Of a DNA stretch of 64,000 bases, positions 14,312 through 31,031 are shown piece by piece. The stretch is taken from NCBI RefSeq assembly GCF_009914755.1, contig NC_060938.1. One strand, 5' to 3'. The DNA comes from the human T2T-CHM13v2.0 reference genome, Homo sapiens. Position 1 is the first letter of the stretch. Each line of letters opens with the position of its first letter. The position numbers and the translations under genes were made by a program. The notes under the pieces are model-generated. The model had not been told where the DNA came from, did not search any database, and saw only the letters and a program-made list of their open reading frames with translations.

Positions 14312-14527
14312 CGAGGGTTGGCAGACTGTTTCTGGAGACGGTCAGAGAGCAAGGCTTTTAGGCTTTACAAGCCATATGGTCTCTGTCACATCTCCTCAAA
14401 TCTGTCATGGTAGCATGAAAATAGCCACAGATAGCATGTAAATAAATGAGCATGACTGCGTTCCAACAAAACTTTATTTACAAAAACAGGTGGCATTTGA
14501 CCAGCAGGCCACAGTTTGTCAACCCCT
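14312..14527. mobile_element. MER58A-like hAT-Charlie MITE
   Basis: gagggttggcagac...caaaactttatttacaaaaacagg...agtttgtcaacccct. Confidence 0.8.
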
Positions 14528-14572
14528 CCTGTGCAAATCATTCAAAAACTGTCAAAAAAAGATGAAGAATGA

Positions 14573-14745
14573 AGCCGGATGCAGTGCCACGTGCCTGTAA
14601 TCCCCACAATTAGAGAGCCTTAGTCAGAAAGACCTCTTGAGCCCAGAATCCAAGGCTGCAGTGAGCTGTGACAGGAGCGCCACTGCACTCCCCTCCAGCC
14701 TGGGTGACAGGACAAGATCCCAACTCTTAAAAAAAAAAAAAAGGA
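14573..14745 (+). mobile_element. Alu right monomer (FRAM/AluJ)
   Basis: gcccagaatccaaggctgcagtgagc...ccagcctgggtgacag plus poly(A). Confidence 0.78.
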
Positions 14746-14862
14746 AAAAGTAGCATCATAGAGCAGTGAAATCATGTGTACATTTCTAAGATTTCAATTT
14801 CCTTAAAGTGGTATTAACAATTTTTTTTAAAAAAATTAGAGGCTTTTAAAGTTACATTTTAA

Positions 14863-15216
<354 letters not shown>

Positions 15217-16454
15217 TACAAATTCAAAGATTTCATAGTTCCACTAGACTTTCAGAAAAAGTTAAGAGTATTAAGTCCAGCATTCAAGTTACATGAGACA
15301 GAAAAGGTACAGACTTTGAAGTATGTATAGAATAGGACTGCATCTGTCTTCTCCATCTACTAGCTGTGTGACTCAGGCAAGTGTATTCACCTGTCTGTTC
15401 CCCAGATTCCTCATTTGTAAAATGAGGATGACAATGGCACCCATAAGCATGCAAAGAGCCTGGCACTGAGTGAGCCTGGTGCACCATAGGCCCTCAACAC
15501 AAATAAGCCACCTCTCAGTCCCCCCCAGGCTGGATCCGGCTGGCCCTGGGTCTATGGCAGCAGGACAAGGCGGACTAGAAAGCCTGGCATGCTTTACTTT
15601 CCAGCTAAAAAAAATACCCTCCACAGTTTTCAGCTTTGGTTTACAAAAACAACACAGAACCATTCGAATCTCACTTTTAATTTAATAACTGGCACCCCAG
15701 CCTGAGAAACGGCAGGGTTCATTTCAAATGGGAGTTCTTGGCGGGAGTGAATCTCAGAGCTGTACTCACTGAACCCTTAAGGAGATCCATGGCCCTGCAG
15801 TGCCTGGGCCCTTGACTGGCAGAGCCAAATCCATTCCTGGATCCAGAGGCTTAGGCACGAGGATGTTTCCATTCATTTCCCGGGAAACCTGCCAGTTTTG
15901 CAGGAGGCAGGGGGACCAGAGTCCTCTCTTGGCAGAAAGGAGCATCTAACGGCTCAGGGTCAAAGGCTTTTCTGAATGAACGCCTCCTGTGCCTCACAGC
16001 CTCCACCTGAGAAAGTCCAAGAAGTTTAACAGGACATTCAAAGTCCTTCTCCATCCATCTCTGCAGCCTCAGCCTCCCCTACTTCCCACCTCCTCTACTT
16101 GCAGTAGGAACCACCTGTGGCTCCCTGTATGCATCATTTCTCCCCTTTGCTCCTGCTGGTCCCTCTGCCCTTCTCTGCCTGGCTACATTCACCCATTGGC
16201 TTTGGCATCACCACCTCCAGAAAGCCTTCCAGGATTTTTCATAGTGTAGAGGACTGGGAACTAACATTACTAAGTACCCATGAGGTATTTGTACACATCA
16301 GCTCATTGAGTCCTCCCACCCACCGTTAAACCAGAATGACTGGCTTCTTTTTGTAGATAAAGAAGTTGAGGTTAGATTCAAAGTGGCTAAGTAACCTGCC
16401 AAAGGTCACACAGCAAGCAATCCTGCCCCTTTCTTCTCCCCAGCAGTCCCTTAG

Positions 16455-16974
<520 letters not shown>

Positions 16975-18795
16975 TAGTACCTGCTTGTTCCTGCCAGAAC
17001 TTTGAGACGCCAGGTTTACGACGTGCCTGTGAGAAGCCGGGCATCCAGCCTAGGAACTGCCTTTTGTCCCGCTGCTCTCTATGGATCCCAACCTGAAGGG
17101 GCTACCCTCAGGAGTGAGTGATACCTTGCAGACGCGTAGGTGTCCTCTTGAGTCCCCAGACCTCAGCACCAGCGGCCGCCCACAGCCAGGCAGCAGGGAG
17201 AAGCTGCCCTCTGGGACTTTGCTTTGGCCCAGCCGGACTCAGCGGGAGGAGGCTGCCTTCCTCCTGGAGCTGGCCTGTGTCCGGGGCTGAGCTCCCCATC
17301 AGACCCAGAGAACAATGCCCCACTGTTGTGTGCAGCACTTGGAAGCTGAGCAACCACCTTCATGATTCCCGCTGATCCTCTCCCTGACCACCCGTGGGAC
17401 AGTGGCCAGCCATTTTAACATCTTTTCCCTCGCAGGACCCTGGGTTGTCCCCAGCAGCCCCATAGCAGAGTCACTGACCCTTCCTGCTGCAGCTACAGCT
17501 CCAAGGCCACCCACCCAACTGGAAGAAGCAAACGGTCAGCACACGAGCCCCATTCTTTGTACTCCCAGTGGGGGATCGGGGGCGGTGAAGCGGGAGGGAC
17601 ACACGCTTGCTTCCCACACCAGGCACAAAATCCCGTCTGACTTTCTAAAATATTTTCTCTCTCCTCTCAGACAATACTGGCTTTAATGAATTTCTCTAAA
17701 GGGACTGATGGTCCACACGCTTTGCATGAAAGGCAAATGCCACTGTGCCCAAGTTGACTACGCTACGACCCAGGGGACAATGCATGCCTTCTGCCTCCAT
17801 AGAATGGGCACCACATGTGCTGGGCCTCAGCAATGTCCACTCTGTGGAGCTGGTGACTCCATCCCAGCCTGCAAGCTGCTGGCAGGGGCTCAGGTGACTC
17901 ATCTTCTCCTTTGCATTTTCTTCAGAGCACACGCAACCTTCTGATATGTTCTTGTTTATTTATTTGCTTGCTTGTTGACTCTAGATCCTTCTAGAATGTG
18001 AGTTCCAACAGCACAAAGTCCTTACCAATCTTGTCCATGACTCCTACCTGACTGCCCAGGACCGTGCCTGTCATACGGGAGGCCTCGTAGAGGAGCTGGT
18101 GACTGAGGGAATGAACGGATCTTTGCTCCGTGTGTTCAGCTCTATTCATTCTCTCAAGGCACCTCCATGGGGCATCCAGGTGCCACGTGCAGCAGAGGAA
18201 ACACTAAGCTGGAGACCTGCCCTCGAGGAGCTCACAGCGCATGCGGAAGAAAGATGCATCCACAAACAGGCCCGATTAGGGAGCTCAGTGAGGTTTGGTT
18301 CAGAGGGGACACAGCAGGGGCAGGAGAAACTCCACTCAAAGGGAGGGCTGGTCAGGAGCAGTCACAGAGGAGGAGACTCCTGAGCTGAAGGGACAGTGGA
18401 GGAGGTGGCCACAGGAGGGAAGGGCATGGGGGGAAGCAACAAGATGTGCAGCGCAGCAAAGCATGAAGTAGCATCTGAGTAGTTTGTCCCCAGCGGGGAA
18501 GAAATGAAGGTGGAGAGTCTCAAGCCTCATTCATTCATCCAACAGCATTTACAAAACACTCTGGCCTAGAGCAGGCAGGGGTTGGCCCCAAGCACAAGGA
18601 GGTTTTCTGTCTTCACAGACTCTTGCGGGGGCACACAGACCCTTGAAGGATAGCACAGGGGCTCTGGGAACACTGCGAAGGGGCAATCTAGTCTGAGGGT
18701 GCACTAAGGCTCAGGGGAGAGATGATTCCACCTTTACTCCTTCTACCAATGACTTGACCGCCCAGTGCCATGGTCAAAGTAGCATGACTTTGACC

Positions 18796-18910
18796 TAGGA
18801 TGACCAATTTATCCTGATTTGACGCACACCATCCAGGTTTTAACCTTGAAAGTCCCAAACCCCAGGAAACCTCTTAGTCTTGGGCAAACCAGGGACAGTT
18901 GGTCACACCA
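18796..18910. mobile_element. MER94-like hAT-Blackjack MITE
   Basis: TIR-like taggatgacca...ttggtcacac, ~115 bp. Confidence 0.6.
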
Positions 18911-20311
18911 ACTTTCACCCTCATATCCCCTTCCAAGACTCCCAGACTGTCCCCCACTCTACTGACCCCCCACCCCCACCCCCACCTTCCAGCCACTCAC
19001 AGGGGCTGGGTTCCCAGAGCCTGTGTCCTCAGAGCTAGCCAGAGTCACGAGCAGCCTTTCCTCTGGGATGGAGAGGGAGACTTGCTCTGGGTTATGGACG
19101 GGACAGCCGCCTACAGCCTGTGTGTCCTGCCTTTGAGGCCCCATCTTCCCCGGCTGGCTCCTAATCACAGCTGCCACAGGCTCTCAGATCCAGTCACTGT
19201 CTTCCTTATCTGAGCTTTATCTCCTGAAGCCTCCACAATCCAAGGACAGGCTTCCTCCCGGGCCTGTCTTTGTGCATTCAGGAGATCCACTGTGGGTGCC
19301 CCGCAAGCCCACGTGCCAAACTGAAGCAACAAGCAACTAATTACGACACCACCATCTCCATTTTGCAGAAGGAAAACCAGCACGTACAACCGGTCAGGAA
19401 CTCACCTCTGGCATTCGTTTCACAAGGCCCTGAGGATTCCATTATTCCAAAGCAGCTACTCACAATCTTGACATCCAGAACCTTCTAGAGCCCTTTCCGC
19501 TAGCCCCGCAGAGACTCAGAAACCACAGGACTCAGAAAAACTTAAAGTCTTCCCCAGATGCTTGTTTCTAGGTTTCTAAAGTAGAGCTCCATGTCGAGCA
19601 GCGAGTTTCCACCAAAGACATTCACAGAAAACAGTCAGAGTGGTGCCACTCCAAGCTGCTGGAGGTCGGACTCCCAGCTTGGAGGCCCCCCAAACAATGC
19701 TGGTCTCCCCAAGAATCTAAGGCACGGGGATGAAGAGTTACAAGAGCCCTAGCTCTCATGGGAAAGGTGCTAATGATTAAATTAATCCCATTAGCAAGCC
19801 TCTAGAAAAGTGGATGTAATCTACCCTCAAGTCCCCTGCAAGGGCATCTCATGGAAAGGGCTGGGTTTTGCAGCTCACACTGTTTTCTAGTCCAACCATT
19901 TATTATTAGCCTGAGACCTTGGAAATGCTCCTTAACTTCTCTGGGCCTCACCTACCATGCAGGGTAAGCATTGCCATCCACCCCTTTGTATACCAGTCTC
20001 TAACTCTTTACAGACATGAGAGAGTAATAGTAAACCTTCACCAAGGGCATGCTATCTGCCAGGCATTGGGCTCAGTCTTACAAGGATTCTTTCACTGATG
20101 CCGTAGGTCCTACTGTTCCTGCCTATTTACAGATGAAAGAACTGAGGCTCAGAGAGGCTAAGTCACCTGCCCTAAGTCCCACAGCCAGTATATGACAAGT
20201 TTCCTCTGCTCTTAACCACTAGACCATTAATATTTGCTGAATGAGCAAACAAATTAACACTAGGTTCTATTTTAAACAGTAGACACGAGATTGAGACTTG
20301 TTTCAGAACTA

Positions 20312-20313
<2 letters not shown>

Positions 20314-20345
<32 letters not shown>

Positions 20346-20625
20346 AGACAGGTCTCTCTTTGTTGCCCAGGCTGGAGCACAGTGGTGTGATCACAGTTCA
20401 CTACAGCCTCGACCTTCTGGGCTGAAGTGATCCTCCTGCCTCCACCTATCGAGTAGCTGAGACCACAGGCATGGGCCGCCATGCTGGGCTAATTTTCATA
20501 TATTTTTTGTAGAGATGGGTCTCACCATGTTGCCCATGCTGGTCTCAAATTCCTGGGCTCAAGCAATCCTCCTGCCTCAGCCTTCCAAAGTGCTGGGTTC
20601 CAGGTGTGAGCCACTGTGCCCGGCC
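20314..20625 (-). mobile_element. AluJ
   Basis: ~31-nt T-run and reverse dimer with J-type diagnostics (ctcctgggctcaagcaatcctcctgcc). Confidence 0.9.
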
Positions 20626-20714
20626 AGACCTACGTTTTTAAGAACTGAAATGCTTAGAAGAGTGACTAGCTCAAACCTGCAAGACTCACCCTCCACTGCA
20701 GAGGCGGCTTCTAA

Positions 20715-21000
20715 ACAGGAGGCTGCAAACCATGGCCCACTGCCTGTTTCTGTACAGCTGTTGAGCTAAGAATGTTTTTTAACATTTTTAAGTTGTTGGA
20801 AAAAATCAAAAGAATAATAATGTTTCATGGCATATGAAAATTATGTGAAATTCACATTCCAGTGTCTATAAAGTTTTATTGGAACACAACCAACACCCAT
20901 TCATTTACATAGCATCTGTGGCTGCTTTCTCGATATGATGGAGAGCCAAAATATATTTACATATTTCCTTTCTGGCCTTTTACCACAAAAGTTTGTTCTA
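20715..21000. mobile_element. MER58B-like hAT-Charlie element
   Basis: gagctaagaatgttttt...aaattatgtgaaattcacattccagtgtctataaagttttattggaacac. Confidence 0.7.
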
Positions 21001-21392
21001 GAAGCTCCAGAGGCCAGTGCTATTTATCAGCCCAAGGGAATTACCTCACCCTACCCTCTGCCTATCAGCACAGCATTCCTCCTGGTCCATTATCCTAGAA
21101 AATTCTATACTAGTCCTTTCAGCAAACTGTGACACAATCTGGATAGCCAGCTTTACTGATGGGCAAAGGTTTCCAAATGCTAAGAATCGTGTCTCCATCA
21201 AGGCTTTCCCTCTGGCATTTATCCTACTTACAGTCATTTAGGGGGCCTTTGCCACTAAGCTGAGTTCCCCCCACACTGTCACAGTTGTTCTGCTGAAACC
21301 ATCTCCCCACATCCTCCAAGCACTATCTGAATCATTGCTGGACTGGGTCCCACCTTCCCAGGGCCTCACGGTGTGAATTACTACATCAGTTA

Positions 21393-21545
<153 letters not shown>

Positions 21546-22603
21546 AAAAGACAATAGGAGCCTCACACAATCACTCACAAAAGAAAGGCTCACCGGCCAA
21601 CTCTCCAGTAATAACAGGTAGGGGCCAATGGACACAAGTGGAAAAAGCTGGCTAGGGCCAGGCAGGGCCTGTTTATATCACATTCTGTTCCTGTTTCCCT
21701 TCTGGGGAGCTTAAGACCTGGGGGAAGGGACCCTATTCGATCTACGAAGTCCAGGCCTGGGAAGCAGCAGTGCTGGGTCCTGCCTTGGGACTCCGGGCAA
21801 CTCCCTTCCCGCCATGGCTTGGTTCGCCCAAGCACAAGTGAAGGAGCCGGGCTCCTGTGGGTACTGGGGTCCTAACGTTGCATTCGCTGAGTTTACGCGG
21901 CAGCGCTGAACCCCGGGAAATGGCCCTGATTGCTGGACAGGTTGCTTCTCAGGCTGACCCTATGGTCTGGGGAAGGTGGAGCAAGAGGGCAAATGCATTG
22001 AAACAGAGATAATCTAGCTGCACTGTCCCTGGAGAGCTCTGAGTAAAGCCACACCGGGAAACCCTGCTATGCATACAGCCACTCTCAAGCCTGCTTACCC
22101 CACTCTCTGCCAGGCCAGGTGGCTAGTGCCAACAGTCCTGGGTTAGCGATCTCATTGGGCAGCCCTCAGATCTGTCAGAATATTGGGCCTTAGAGGTCAT
22201 CTAGTTCCGCTTCTTCACAGTGTGGCCATTTGTGCATTACGGTCATGATTTTGACTATATCTGCCATGCAGACACATCTACATCTTTTCTAATTAATATT
22301 CTTTAATTTGACCCATTTAAACTTGTTTATTTTAAAAGAAGTTTTTTTTTTCTTTTTACCTTTTTCTTTTTTTTCTTATAGCTAGATTAAGAAATATATT
22401 TTTACCTTAAATAAAAAAACAGGGTCAGGATCAATTGCCATATATTATAAGATAATGAACATAAACAATGTTTAACTCTATCTGGATAATGGTGCTGGTT
22501 TACACCTGGGGCCTGCTCATGGTTAGAGACAGAGAGAGGCTAGTGTTGGAGAGCTGTTAAAAACAGATTAGCATGTCACTGAGATGTTCACCTAGACAAG
22601 ATC

Positions 22604-22735
22604 CAGAGGTTCTCAACCATCCCTGTGCATCAGGATCACCTGGGGAGCTTTAAAAAGCTACAGATAAGCAGCCCCACATCTAGAGATCTCTCTAACTCAT
22701 TGGTCCAGGGTGGAGCCCAGGTGGTTATGAGAAGG
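22604..22735. mobile_element. MER5A-like fragment
   Basis: cagaggttctcaacc...gatcacctggggagctttaaaaa...ttggtccagggtggagcccagg. Confidence 0.65.
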
Positions 22736-25700
22736 CCATATAATCAGAAGGATTAAAAGAACAAGTTAAAAAAATTTAAAAAAAATGGAGGGGAGATGAA
22801 GAGATGAAGAGGGAGTGGCTGTCATTCAGTGCCCTGGGCTTGTACCACCAAATTTATCCTGGCAATTACTAGTAGCCCCTAATCCAAATTCACCAAGATC
22901 TAATCTAGTCTAAGCCCCTCCACTGTATTGAGGAGGATCCTGAGGCTCAGGGTTGGGAATGAAACAGCAGGACCTGCTGTGGTGATATTGACTATTTTCT
23001 GCATAGTTAATTCCATAAAAGAAAAAAATCACATTGGCCAGTTGCAGATGGCTGGTGCTCCGGGCAGGCAATGAATGGTCAAGGTGTGTGGTCTGCACCC
23101 TGTATACCTCTAAAGGAGGACACTGTCTGTGCACACGGGCGCAGGCTTGGCTGGGTCGACTCTGGCCCATCATGCCTTCCTAGACCTGCCAGGGCATGAG
23201 CATCGGCCAGCAACACCTGAGCCAAGGGCTGACCCACCAGCAGCTGCGCCCTGTTCAACTCACTGCACGTGCTGGGGACAGAGGCAGGCAGAAGTGCTGA
23301 GCTCCCTTCCAAGTGACCTGCATAAATGGCAAAGTCACGTCCTCAGCTAAGGAGCACCCAAGGAAAAGAGGGAGAACTTGGAGAGGCTGGGAAGGGAATC
23401 CATTGGAACGGGCGTGACCCAGCACCTTCTGCTTGCTGGGAATCCCACATCTGTTATCTCATATGAGCCTCACAGTGACTCTGCAGGGAAGGTGTGGCCA
23501 GCCCCATCTTACAGGTGTGATACCCAGGCCCATGGAGGTTATGTGACTTGCCACAGGCGACAAAATCAGGGTCCCAGCTCAGATCTGCAGGATTCCACCT
23601 GAGGTCCAGGAGCACAGAGAAACTCCATCAAAGTCGAAAGTCAAACTTCCATTGCACAGATGGCACCAGTGACGCCTTGCTCTGCTGGCTAAACTAACAA
23701 TAGTGATGACCCCTTACCTCCATGGGGTGGTCCGCAGTTCACAACACATCCAGCGAGGCGAGGAGCGCGGCACCTGCACCCCCACCTTACAGCAAAGAGA
23801 GTTGAGGCCCAGAAAGACTGTGCCTCTGGGCAAAATTTAAGGGTCCTTCCTGGTGCCCCGCCCAGCCCCCTGAGCTTCCCTATCATGGAGTCACAGTCCC
23901 CTAGGATGGGACTGTTTAAAGCACACACCTCACCCACTGGACTCCTCCCACTGGGCAGCGCTGTGTCTCTGGTATCTTCCTAGTTCGTGTCCACCTCAGC
24001 CAATGTCAGTACGTTGAAGAAATGCCATTGCCCAAGGCACTGGTTACAAAGCGGAAGAGCCCAGATCCCAGCCGCAAACACGTGCTTCTTTGGCTCCCAA
24101 ACCAAAGTTGGCTCCAGCTAAGTGCTGCATGACTAACCCTGCAGCTTCCTGCAGGAGACCCAGATAGGAACTTACGGGGCTATCCTCTTATCTGCTCAAA
24201 GGAGCACATTAGGAAGTGAAGACTGCGGCCAGGAGAGCCTGGCCTGGATCCCCCTCCCTGGGCATTTGGGTGTTTTTACCCAGATGGAGGTGGGACAAGA
24301 GACGCCACAAGATGAAATTTTTTTAAAAATTAATTTTCTAAAATTATGCCTGAGCAAACTTGAGTTTGAAATCAGCAAACAGATACATAGGCAAATCACA
24401 GAAGCCAGGCCTGCTCGCTGCCTGGTGCTGGATAAATGACAGAAATTAACCTGGCAACCCCAACTGGCTCACACCCAACCCTACAGCCACTGGCTTGTGG
24501 TCACCAAGTTCTCAACAGCTAGTGAACAAGTGGCGGAGGGGTTTCCCTAGGAGAAAAGGATGTGGTCAGAGAAGACAGGGTAGGGTGCTCCGGGGTGGGC
24601 CCTGGCTCTGGAAAACCTTTGGTGTTCCTAGCCCATGTGACACTGGTCCCACAGAAAGGATTTCCTTTGAGGAATGGCCTGGCAGTGTGAGAGCCACTGG
24701 GGGCTGTGGAGAAAGAGCCAGATGTCTGGTTAGGAGGCTGAGTGACTCACCACTTCCAGCCCACAGCACTCCTGGCATGGAAAGGCCAGTGTAGCCTGGG
24801 AGTTACCTGCCAGAACTCTGGGATCAGGTAACCTGGGTTCAATTTCCAACTCCACTGCTAACTGAGGTAGCTGAGGGTGGGTTACTTAACCTCTCTGCCA
24901 AATGGTAACAACATCAGAGCATCCTTCATTGGGCTGTTGTGAGGATAAAGACAAAAAAGGCAGAGAGCACTTAGACATTCAGTAAGCACTGAACAGGTAT
25001 GAGCTGTAAAGATGAACCATGCAGGAATCTTAGATGGCACCCAATGGACTCCATCGGCCCATTCACTCGTTCATTCATTCATTCTAGAAATATGGACAGT
25101 ATTGAGCAGCTTTGATGGCTGGGCTCTGGACAGATAACAATCCCTGGCCTTATCTTCTTCTGGTACAGAAGACAGACAATACACTCAACTGCAAATAATT
25201 AACACAAATAATTTCAGGGTGACAGGACAGAGCATGTTGGCAGGATGGGATAAGTGCCACTGCGTGGGCAGGAGGGTCCCTCTGAGGCCGTGACTGTGAG
25301 CTGAGATCTCAATGCAGAGACGGTGTGGCCGGGGGAGGCACTTTTTAGGAAAAGGAAAGAACAAGAAGCCAAGCTAGAGGGAGAGAAACTTGGCATGAGC
25401 AGGAGAGAGAACATCAGATGTGAGTCCCAGGGACGCCAAGAGATATTTGCAAGGTTCCGGGGCCAACCCCCAGAGAACCCAGGAGAATGGAGAATCTCCA
25501 AGAGGACAGTCCCCTGAAGGGGGCCGCAGAGGGAGATGACACATATTGCACCTTCTCTCCCCAGCCTCAGGTTACGGCTCCAGAGCTCACTTTTTTCCTG
25601 TGTCCTGGAAATATTAGGATCTGTCCTTCATACTACATTCAAGTGAGCTGTAAACACCCCTAAAGTTAATAAGATCCTATTTTAAAGCCTTTTAATTTAA

Positions 25701-27218
25701 TAATAGTAGTAATAATAGCGTGCTCTCTCTGGGCTGGGAGCAGGGATGTGAGGATAATCCTGTCTCCAGCCCTCAAGACGGGCACAGGCTAGTGGGGAAT
25801 CACTCTTGAAACTGTTGATTAGTATCAATGGCAAAGTGCAACGGGAACAGGGAAACAGAGATCACCAACCCTGTAGGAGGTGACTGAGGAGGACTTCCAG
25901 GAGGAGGTGATGTCTACCCAGGTGTTGGTGGGAAGGGGCAGGGAGAAGGAGAGCTGAGTGGGGGAGCAGCTTGAGCACAGGTGTCCAGGTGAGAAAGGCC
26001 ACGATGAGCTAGGGGCTTTATGGTCCTTGGAGGTGGCCCAGGTTGTAGAAAGCTGGGCCAGCTGGGAACGTGGGACCTAATCCTCAGAGCAAGGCGGATA
26101 AGCAGGGAGTCACCTACCAGTGATCTGGACCCTCCTGGGCTGAGGGGGTGAACTATAGTGGCCAGACCCAAGTCCCCAAACACCTACTTTGAGGCTGTGG
26201 TCCTTGAATGAGAAAACATCTGAACTTCAAGGTACCTTAGAAATCTCCTAATCTCAACCTCCCTCTTTAAAGAGCAGGAAACAGAGACTAGCCCAGGTGA
26301 AGGTCAAATGCAGGCTCCTCCCGTCCTTAAGGAACGAGGCTACCCCAGTGCGTCAGCCAGCTGCATTATTTCAGCAAATGTCACTTGGGAGGGGCTCAGC
26401 CCTTTTCAGATCTCAAATAAAACTGTTGGCTTAAATTAGAATCCAACCAGCCATGGTGGCCCACCCTGTTCTGTCCATGCCTTGGTGATCACCACACAGG
26501 CTGAACGCTGAAAGCCTGCCATTTCATTTTCATCAAGCAACCAGCCCGAGTTGCGTTACACCATGAATATCAGTGAAACAAACTCTTAGGGAAGGTGGTT
26601 GTAAGGTAAGAGCACTGGTCAGGGAGTTAGGAGATACCATCTTGGCCCTGAAGTACCTGCAAGACTTGAGCCAGCCATTTCTGCTGTGGAGACTCAGTTT
26701 CCCCATATGTAAAAGTATAAGCGTAAATCATCTCTGAGGCTCAGGCTGGCTCCACTGCAGCTGTGACTCCTAAATACTTCTCCAGCGCCCACACACAATC
26801 TCTCTGGGCATGTACATGAGCGTTTGTTTCCTAGTCTCTGAAAGCTGCCTTACCCATGTAAAGTTCTCTCTTATTAGGTCCTTACTAAGCCCTGCCCCAT
26901 GGGGAGGTATCACCAACCCTGTTAGATGGGAAACAAATGGATTCACAGTGCAGCAACTGACCAGGAAATGGATTCACAGAGCAGAGGGTAGAGAGCAAGG
27001 GCTGAGACCTGGGCCCAGGTCTCCACTGCCCAGGGGAGCATCCATACTGGGACACAGCAACCGTGCATTAGGAAAACCACCATCTGAAGCCAAGCAGTCC
27101 TGGAACACAGGTCTCTTTGAGCCCTGTTGTCTGTGACAGGCACTTCTGCAGAGGGAAGGCAGGAAGAATATCTTTGATGAGAGAAGAAGATGGCCAAGAA
27201 TCAAAATGTGCAGCACTT

Positions 27219-27717
<499 letters not shown>

Positions 27718-28118
27718 TCAGCATCTAAGGAGTGAAGAATGTGCTCATAGCACAATGCACTGAAAACAAAAGTGGCTCATCCTTTCCACTCCCGCTCTGG
27801 ATGAAAGTCCTGCTCCATCTTCACCTGCTGCGTGATTTGGGTCAAGGCACTGAACCTCTCTGAACCTGCTTCCCCCACTGGAAAATGGAAATAACCATAA
27901 CTGCAGCACTCAATTGTTTTGGGAATCAAGTACGCCTGCAAAAAATAGGATGAGTGAGAGGAGCTCTTTCCTAAGAGGACTTCCTGTAGGAAAGAAGATT
28001 CTAAGCACTGCTTCTGTGTTTTCTTTGAGGATGTTTCTGTTCATGTAAGTTCTAGAAATGTGTGGTTCCATCGTAAAATGTAACTCTCTTCTGACTTTTT
28101 AAAAATAAAATGATCCTG

Positions 28119-28450
28119 GGCCAGGCGCGGTGACTCACGCCTGTAATCCCAGCATTTTGGGAGACCGAGGTGGGTGGATCACGAGGTCAGGAGATTGAGA
28201 CCATCCTGGCCAACAAGGTGAAACCCTGTCTCTACTAAAAATACAAAAAAATAATAATAATAAAATTAGCTGGGCATGGTGGCATGCAACTGTAGTCCCA
28301 GCTACTCAGGAGGCTGGGGCAGGAGAACTGCTTGAACCCGGGAGGCAGAGGTTACGGTGAGCTGAGATCACACCACTGCACTCCAGCCTGGGAGACAGAG
28401 CAAGACTCCTTCTCAAAAAATAAATAAATAAATAAATTAAATAAAATAAA
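28119..28450 (+). mobile_element. AluS (Sc/Sg-like)
   Basis: Dimer with (AAAT)n tail; TSD AAAATAAAATGATCCT. Confidence 0.9.
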
Positions 28451-29031
28451 TAAAATGATCCTATCAGTTTAATCTCAGGTATACTTCCCGTCTCTCTCCC
28501 TGAGTGCCCTAAGGAGGAGCCTTGTGACCCAAGACTCTCACTGGTCTGTCTGTCGGGTGGTGTCTGCATGAGAGTCACACAGCTGTGGCAGCCTGGAGAG
28601 AAGTGTATTCCCTACGTGTGTGACCTCGGCCAGGACACTTCGTTTTGTTATAAAACCAGTAGATTGGTCCAGGTGACCTGAGGTTCCTTCCAGCTCAAAT
28701 ATTTCAGGATTTTATGATTCAGAAGCATAAATCATTAGGCCAGGACCTTTAAAAATCCTGTTGATCATCTGAGGTCATAGAGTGTTATTATTATCTTACT
28801 TGCTGTATGATTTGGGAAGACAGAGATCATGTCTCCTACATTAAAGATCGTGTCTCCTACATAAAGATTTATGACACATAAAATCATGTGTCATACAACA
28901 GAATTTTTTGCTTTATTTTTTAAATCCAGCCAGATTAACATTGGAATCTGAGGAGAGAGGCAGATTTTCTAAGAAAGCATCTGAAAATGCTCCACATGAT
29001 CTTTTAATTTCATTTGTATTATGTAAGATTA

Positions 29032-29719
<688 letters not shown>

Positions 29720-30435
29720 TTATCATTCCCTTGCCTTTTTCTTTTTTAAACCAGCTTAACTTTGTGAAATAGAATCTACGTATAAAGGCATGTATAAAAC
29801 ATACATGTAATTAGCCAATAACTACAAAGTGATCTCCTTTGTAACTGCCCCCCCGACTCTCCTGATCCTCTCTCACCTTTCCTCAGCACGCGTGGTAATG
29901 CTTGGCTTTTATTTAAGCTAATCACCTTCTTGCTTTTTGTCGTCATTTTACTTCTCAGCTATGTGTCACTAAACAACTCATTGCTTAGTTTGGTTGTGTT
30001 TTGAGCTTTTATAATTGCCTTAGCAGTTCTCCATGGAGATGCTAGGATTCTCTATACCACGTCTGCAGCCTAGAAACCCAGGCGAGAGATCCAGGCTGCA
30101 CTCTGGTGTTACAATGATAGTAGAGGGTTAGTAATAATAAAAACCATCAGTCCTATTTATGGTGTGCCCGCACCATGCCGGGCATTCTGCTAAAGCATCA
30201 TCCCCAGTTACCTCAATTATCTTCGCAGCAACCCCAAAAGGGAAGTATTTCAAGAGGTCAAAATTAGGGCATCAGCTTCCCAAACTTGTCCCCCGTCCAC
30301 TTCCTAGCTTCCTAGCTGCTCAGCCCCAGAACATCATCCCTAAGTCCTAAAGCAAAGGTTCCTTTCAGGATGGGAGGGTCAGGAAACACTGCTGCTCCTG
30401 GGTTCCTATCTTTGTGGTCCAGTCAGGCTGCTTAG

Positions 30436-30438
<3 letters not shown>

Positions 30439-30470
<32 letters not shown>
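30439..30470. repeat. (AT)16 microsatellite
   Basis: Direct read. Confidence 0.95.
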
Positions 30471-30473
<3 letters not shown>

Positions 30474-30801
30474 GAATCCATATTCTTTTCCAGCAAGTAC
30501 TGATGACTTAATGAAGACAAGCATCCTGTCCGGTCAGTACTGTTTTCCCAGTGATGAACGTACAACTTTGTCCTTGGATTGTCTAAGATAGGCCATGTGG
30601 TGCCAGGAAGAGCATCAGGTCAAAAGCCCTTAGTTCTAATCCTGGCTGTACCACATCCAGCCGCTGGATATCAGCCTTCTCATCTGTAAATGGGCAAGCA
30701 ATGACAGCCTTGCCTACTACCAGATCCTAGGAGGTGAGAGGCAGGAAGAGCTTTGGAAGACCCCACGAACACATTTGAGTCCCTCTGTAGGCTTCTCTAG
30801 A

Positions 30802-31031
30802 ACCCTTCAGAGTTGAAAGGGGTGACCAGGAACCTGGGAAAGAGTCCCAGGGCAGCCCAGGGTTGGAGCTTCAGGGCCAAAGTGGTTAACTGAAAATATT
30901 CATTATCACCCCGCCCAGGCTGGAGTCCCCTGGCTTCCAGTTTTGAAGCAGAGGTCAGCTAGGCGGTGTAGGACACTGCTCCTGGGTTGACCAATGGGCC
31001 ACATCAATGGGTCAGCTGTTTGGGGTCAAGA
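30802..31031 (+). repeat. Local direct duplication, copy 1 (~230 bp)
   Basis: acccttcagagttgaaaggggtgaccagg...gctgtttggggtcaaga recurs at 32408-32635. Confidence 0.95.
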
